From a virus, in the IMG/VR virus record IMGVR_UViG_3300017818_000007, positions 32,001-96,000 of that record: DNA of 64,000 bases; one strand, 5' to 3'. Of this stretch, positions 60,132 through 64,000 are shown piece after piece (position 1 is the first letter of the stretch; the number at the start of each line of letters is the position of its first letter). The position numbers and the translations under genes were made by a program. Below the pieces are notes generated by a model. That model was not told the origin of the DNA and ran no database searches. It saw only the letters and a program-made list of their open reading frames with translations.

Positions 60132-60161
60132 AAAAAAAGGGCGACCTAAGCCGCCCTTTTT
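60132..60161 (-). terminator. Rho-independent terminator after the major capsid gene
   Basis: GGGCGGC-TTAG-GTCGCCC followed by a T run; A-tract on the other side, so possibly bidirectional. Confidence 0.9.
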
Positions 60162-60181
60162 AATTCCTCTAATACTAGATA

Positions 60182-61354
60182 TTAAGAGAATGATACGTTG
60201 GCAGAAGTAATTTGTACTTTACCAAGGTAGTCAGCCGCATTACCTAGTGAAGATGCAGTGTTTGTCAACTCTACATAACCATATCTAGTCATAAATGACA
60301 CAACTGGTTCGAAAGTTGATGGATCTAAAACAACACCTGAAGACATTAGCGGAATGTATGGGCAGTAGAATGCCGCCGCATCTGCTTCTGATGAACCTTT
60401 ATATCCAACAAGCACTTGGTTAGCATCTTGACCTGAATCAGCCAAGTAAGCGTCAACGTAAACTCTCATAGAGTTATTTAAAGTACCAACATACTTAGTG
60501 TTTGTTGGGCCTTCAAAAGTACCTTCAGTTGTTCTTGCGAACGCAGAAGTTGTAGCAGACTGTAGGATTGTCAATGCTTGGTTTGAAACCACTGCAAAGT
60601 TTCCTGCGCCTCTACGTGTACGTTGAGCAATTTTGTTAGCAACTCTGTTAATTTGAACTGCTAAAGCCGCGTGTTCGTCACCAACGAAAGTTGCAGTACC
60701 ACTTACGCCTGCTTGGTCGTAAGTTTCTTCAACTGATGCTAATGAACGAAGTGATTGGATGATCTCTTGATCGATTTCAGCAGTAATTTCTTGTGCTAAA
60801 GCCGCCATGATTTCAGCCTCTACGTCGATGCCTTGCTGTGCTTGAGCATCTTGAGCCGCTTCAAATGTCCAACGAGCAGATAGTTTACGAGTTTTCGCTT
60901 CTACTGCTTGTTTTAAGATTTGAATGCTTAACTTTTTACCTGCAGAACCTTCTAATGTTGCAGTCGCATCTGCCGCATTAGTAGTTGCATTACCTGAATA
61001 ACCTTCAGCAATTTTAAATGGTGAAAGTGCTTCTTCGCCTGCTGTTGCAGAATCGAAAGTTTCAGCATAACGTACTCTTAGTGTGTGGATCTGTGCTACA
61101 GGTCCAGTCATTGGTTGTACACCAACAATCTCGTTAGCGATTGTAGTTGGCATAACACGTCTAATTACTGGAAGGATAACTCTGTTTAGAGTTGCTACGT
61201 TCCCTGCGGAAGTTGCCCCAGCGGTTGCCGCCTCAGCGAGATACTTGCGAGTGTTCTCGAGAGTGACATCCATAACACCTTTTTTAGAACCTTGAAGGCC
61301 TTCTAAAAGTGCTTCTTTGGTTTCCTGCCAGTTGTTGTTGATATTTTCTGACAT
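60182..61354 (-). CDS. Major capsid protein (gp23-like)
   Basis: LPVIRRVMP, VGVQPMTGP, AKTRKL.ARWT.EAAQD, RGAGN, FYCPYIPL and FMTRYG. Confidence 0.96.
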   Translation of the reverse strand: MSENINNNWQETKEALLEGLQGSKKGVMDVTLENTRKYLAEAATAGATSAGNVATLNRVILPVIRRVMPTTIANEIVGVQPMTGPVAQIHTLRVRYAETFDSATAGEEALSPFKIAEGYSGNATTNAADATATLEGSAGKKLSIQILKQAVEAKTRKLSARWTFEAAQDAQAQQGIDVEAEIMAALAQEITAEIDQEIIQSLRSLASVEETYDQAGVSGTATFVGDEHAALAVQINRVANKIAQRTRRGAGNFAVVSNQALTILQSATTSAFARTTEGTFEGPTNTKYVGTLNNSMRVYVDAYLADSGQDANQVLVGYKGSSEADAAAFYCPYIPLMSSGVVLDPSTFEPVVSFMTRYGYVELTNTASSLGNAADYLGKVQITSANVSFS

Positions 61355-61371
61355 TTTTTTGTCTCTCCTTT

Positions 61372-62457
61372 TTAGTTTAATCCCGCTAATCTGCGGAGTT
61401 CAATTAAGTTTGAAGTAGTATCTTCCTTAATTGTGTTTTCTTTATTGCCTGTGATTTCAACGCCTTCGTTTAACGCCTTTTTAACTTTTGGAGCCTTATC
61501 TTCCATCACTGCTGGTAGATACTTCTCAAACGCTGTGTGCAACTTATTAGTTTGCACCGACTCCAAAAGTTCAGACATAATTTCTTTTTTGTCTTTACCC
61601 AATGGAGATAGCAACTCATTCATCACTGCTACTCTTTCTGCTTTGTCTTTAGCCGCAGTAATTTCTGCTTCCTTAGACTCAACAAGAGTTTCCTTCTCTG
61701 TGATGGCTTTCTTAGCCTCTGCTAACGCTTCGTCTTTCTCTGAAACAAGTTTCATTAACTTCGCAGTTTCTGATTTCTCATTTAAGTAAGATGAACCATA
61801 TTCATTAGCAAACGCTTCGAAGATTTTTCTACCAAAGTGGTTTTCTCTAGAAGCCGTGATGTCTTCTTTGAGTTGTTTGATTTCTTCTGCCAACTTAGTG
61901 TTAACAGCGTCCTCAACCACTTTAGCGGACTTAGCAACAAACTTAGATTTAAGTTCATTGAATTTTGATTTTGCTTCTTTAACAAGTTTAACCTTAGTTT
62001 CAGCAAGATCTCTTTTGTCAACTGCAAACTCGTTGATTTCTTTTGCAAGTGCTTTAACTACAAAGTCTTCGAGTTTTACAAAGTTTTCTGTGACTTTTTG
62101 ACGGTCTTCATTTAACTCTGCAATTTCTTTGGTCAATTGCTTGAGCATAAACTCTTGCAATTTCTCAGAATGCTCTGAAACTTTCTTCTTATATTCAACT
62201 CTTGCTTCTGCAAGTGCCTTCTTATCTTCAGAAAACTCAGAAATTTCTGATTCCAAACGCTCGGAAACCATGCGATCAATTGCTTCAACCATGTTTTGTT
62301 TGTCATGCTCGTAGCGATTTGCAAATTCTTCACGTAGTTCAGCAGTCACACTATCACGGTGTTCTTTAATCTTTTCGTCCCAAGCACCAGTAATTTGGTC
62401 TTTGACCTCTTCACTGATAATTCCAGTTTCAAAAAGTTTATTAAAAACATCACTCAT
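61372..62457 (-). CDS. Prohead scaffold protein (gp22-like)
   Basis: Coiled-coil, E/K-rich, located between the protease and capsid genes. Confidence 0.85.
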   Translation of the reverse strand: MSDVFNKLFETGIISEEVKDQITGAWDEKIKEHRDSVTAELREEFANRYEHDKQNMVEAIDRMVSERLESEISEFSEDKKALAEARVEYKKKVSEHSEKLQEFMLKQLTKEIAELNEDRQKVTENFVKLEDFVVKALAKEINEFAVDKRDLAETKVKLVKEAKSKFNELKSKFVAKSAKVVEDAVNTKLAEEIKQLKEDITASRENHFGRKIFEAFANEYGSSYLNEKSETAKLMKLVSEKDEALAEAKKAITEKETLVESKEAEITAAKDKAERVAVMNELLSPLGKDKKEIMSELLESVQTNKLHTAFEKYLPAVMEDKAPKVKKALNEGVEITGNKENTIKEDTTSNLIELRRLAGLN

Positions 62458-62473
62458 CGTGTTTCTCCTAATA

Positions 62474-63100
62474 TTACTTCAAGCCTTTAATGACTCTTAG
62501 CATTGCTTCTTTAAGATACTTTTGTGCTTTAGCATCTTGTTGTACCTCTGATGCAGTCCTAAACGCACTATAACCACCTCGTGTATTCATGATGTGTTCA
62601 TAGATTGGTGTAGGATATGCACCTGGGGCACTAGGTTGTGCTACCACGTCTACCGTGATAATTTCGAAATCGCTAACTTCGCCGTTAGACTCGTTAACAT
62701 TTCCACTACCCCTGCTGGATACACCTAGTTTAACTCCGCTTTGCAACATAGTTTCAACTAGTTTACCCATGGGAGTCGGCAAGATTTTCATCTTGCCAAA
62801 CCCGTTAGGACCATCCATCCACATATCAGTAATCATATGCGATACACGATCCAAATTTACTTTCAAATCATCTGGGTGATCTACTTCACCTAGTACAGAA
62901 TAACCGCCTGAGATTTGATCCTTGAGTGTTTTAACAGCGTTGCCTATCTCGGAAACAGGGTACACACGCTGGTTAGCGTTTTTGACACCACCCTGAATAC
63001 AGATGCCTTTAAGATAGAGATCCTTGCTATCTCCATCTCCCTTTGACTCAAGGGTGACCTGTGCTTGGTCGAATGTCAAATTCTCACGTAAGTAAGCCAT
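62474..63100 (-). CDS. Prohead protease (gp21-like)
   Basis: KNANQRVYP, GEVDHP, RVSH, GVSSRG.G and D.V..PSAPGA. Confidence 0.93.
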   Translation of the reverse strand: MAYLRENLTFDQAQVTLESKGDGDSKDLYLKGICIQGGVKNANQRVYPVSEIGNAVKTLKDQISGGYSVLGEVDHPDDLKVNLDRVSHMITDMWMDGPNGFGKMKILPTPMGKLVETMLQSGVKLGVSSRGSGNVNESNGEVSDFEIITVDVVAQPSAPGAYPTPIYEHIMNTRGGYSAFRTASEVQQDAKAQKYLKEAMLRVIKGLK

Positions 63101-63119
63101 GTGGCTTTCTCCTTAACAA

Positions 63120-63989
63120 TTATTCAGCACTCTTTGGTGCAGATGCTTTCTTAAAAGAGTCCCCCGCGTTAGCACCTGGTTCATTCTCGAAAGATTTTCC
63201 CATGTCCTTAACTTTTGGAGCACTACCGCCCTTTTCTTCACCACTTTGTGCAATGTTTTTACCATTAGCACCTGAGTCTTTACCACCTTTCGATGCTACA
63301 GGACTCGTAGTGTTATCAGCGCCTTCTGAATTCGATGGTGCAGAAACCTTTTCAACATATTCTCTCATGGTTTCGCCAGCGGATTTACTTTTTGCACCCT
63401 CTTCAACTTCTTCACCATCTTCTTCTGTTGCTTCAAATGGTGCTTCAATTGCTTCTTCGGCTTCTTCTGATTCTTCTTCGTCGGCTTCAGGTGCTTCGTC
63501 TTCACCTTCTTCTCCGCCGTTGTCGCCCATCATGGCTTCAAATTCTGCTTTAAGATCATCAAGTGCGTCTTCTAAGTCAACAACACGATCTTCAAGTTCT
63601 TCGTTTCCACCCATGTCAGCGTGGTGATCTTCTTCATCACCCATATCCATTTCAGGTTCGTCACCTGCTTCAACGTCATCAATCATGTCGTCAGCGGCAT
63701 CTCCGCCTACTTCTTCAACTGATTCTTCGTCAAATGACTCATCTGTTTGTTCTTCTTCATCGTCTGATGCTTCAGCAACTTCCTCAACTGATTCCTCTAC
63801 TTCATCTTCTTTTTCTTCAGTAGACTCTTCAACTTCGTCTTCCTTTTCTGATTCATCAGATTCAATTAATCCTTGATAAATTTCTTTTGACTTCTCTACA
63901 ACGATATCATGGAATAAAGACTCGGCTTTATCCTGCTCTTCGTTGACAAGCAAGTCTAATAACTGTTCAAATTTAGTTTTATCAGACAT
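63120..63989 (-). CDS. Highly acidic prohead core protein
   Basis: Extremely D/E-rich, immediately upstream of the prohead protease; contains LEDRVVDLEDALDDLKAEFE. Confidence 0.65.
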   Translation of the reverse strand: MSDKTKFEQLLDLLVNEEQDKAESLFHDIVVEKSKEIYQGLIESDESEKEDEVEESTEEKEDEVEESVEEVAEASDDEEEQTDESFDEESVEEVGGDAADDMIDDVEAGDEPEMDMGDEEDHHADMGGNEELEDRVVDLEDALDDLKAEFEAMMGDNGGEEGEDEAPEADEEESEEAEEAIEAPFEATEEDGEEVEEGAKSKSAGETMREYVEKVSAPSNSEGADNTTSPVASKGGKDSGANGKNIAQSGEEKGGSAPKVKDMGKSFENEPGANAGDSFKKASAPKSAE

Positions 63990-64000
63990 CTTCTTATCTC

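Noticed and set aside
906-63876. Many short opposite-strand or alternate-frame ORFs in the track (e.g. 7126-7533+, 63061-63627+, 50105-50440+)
   Set aside because: Shadows of long, well-supported genes: Ser/Leu-rich low complexity, no SD or promoter, no motifs.
63120-63989. Acidic low-complexity repeats as a DNA repeat element
   Set aside because: Explained by the D/E-rich prohead core protein coding sequence.
1-64000. Stop-codon reassignment
   Set aside because: Genes of 2000+ codons are open in the standard code, and TAG, TGA and TAA all end genes at tight junctions.
1-64000. tRNA, rRNA or CRISPR array
   Set aside because: Intergenic gaps are short and explained by promoters, terminators or leaders; no cloverleaf or spaced direct repeats noticed.

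Overview
This is 64 kb of a large, AT-rich T4-related (myovirus-type) phage genome, almost all on the minus strand. It holds the virion morphogenesis region: prohead core, protease, scaffold and major capsid; four very long fibre-like proteins with small adaptor proteins; three Cys/Gly-rich tip-like paralogs and two chaperone-like paralogs; neck gp13/gp14/gp15, sheath, tube, head completion and terminase; and a truncated ssb at the left edge. The main signal is a late-expressed sugar-modification system embedded in the structural genes: HldE and HldD (ADP-heptose synthesis) with a NUDIX, a cupin and a 2OG-Fe(II)-like gene, plus a GT9 heptosyltransferase-like gene coupled to a NodU/CmcH carbamoyltransferase. 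My inference is that it builds a carbamoyl-heptose glycan, most plausibly on the virion. Other signals read from the DNA: nine late genes with TAA(A/G)TA-N5-ATG (probably leaderless mRNAs); two related ~100-nt structured 5' leaders; apparent absence of AGCT, GCWGC and GTWAC; a scaffold-like 'LAG' motif in putative internal head proteins; and two short ORFs missing from the ORF track. Product calls come from motif recognition only; no database searches were run.
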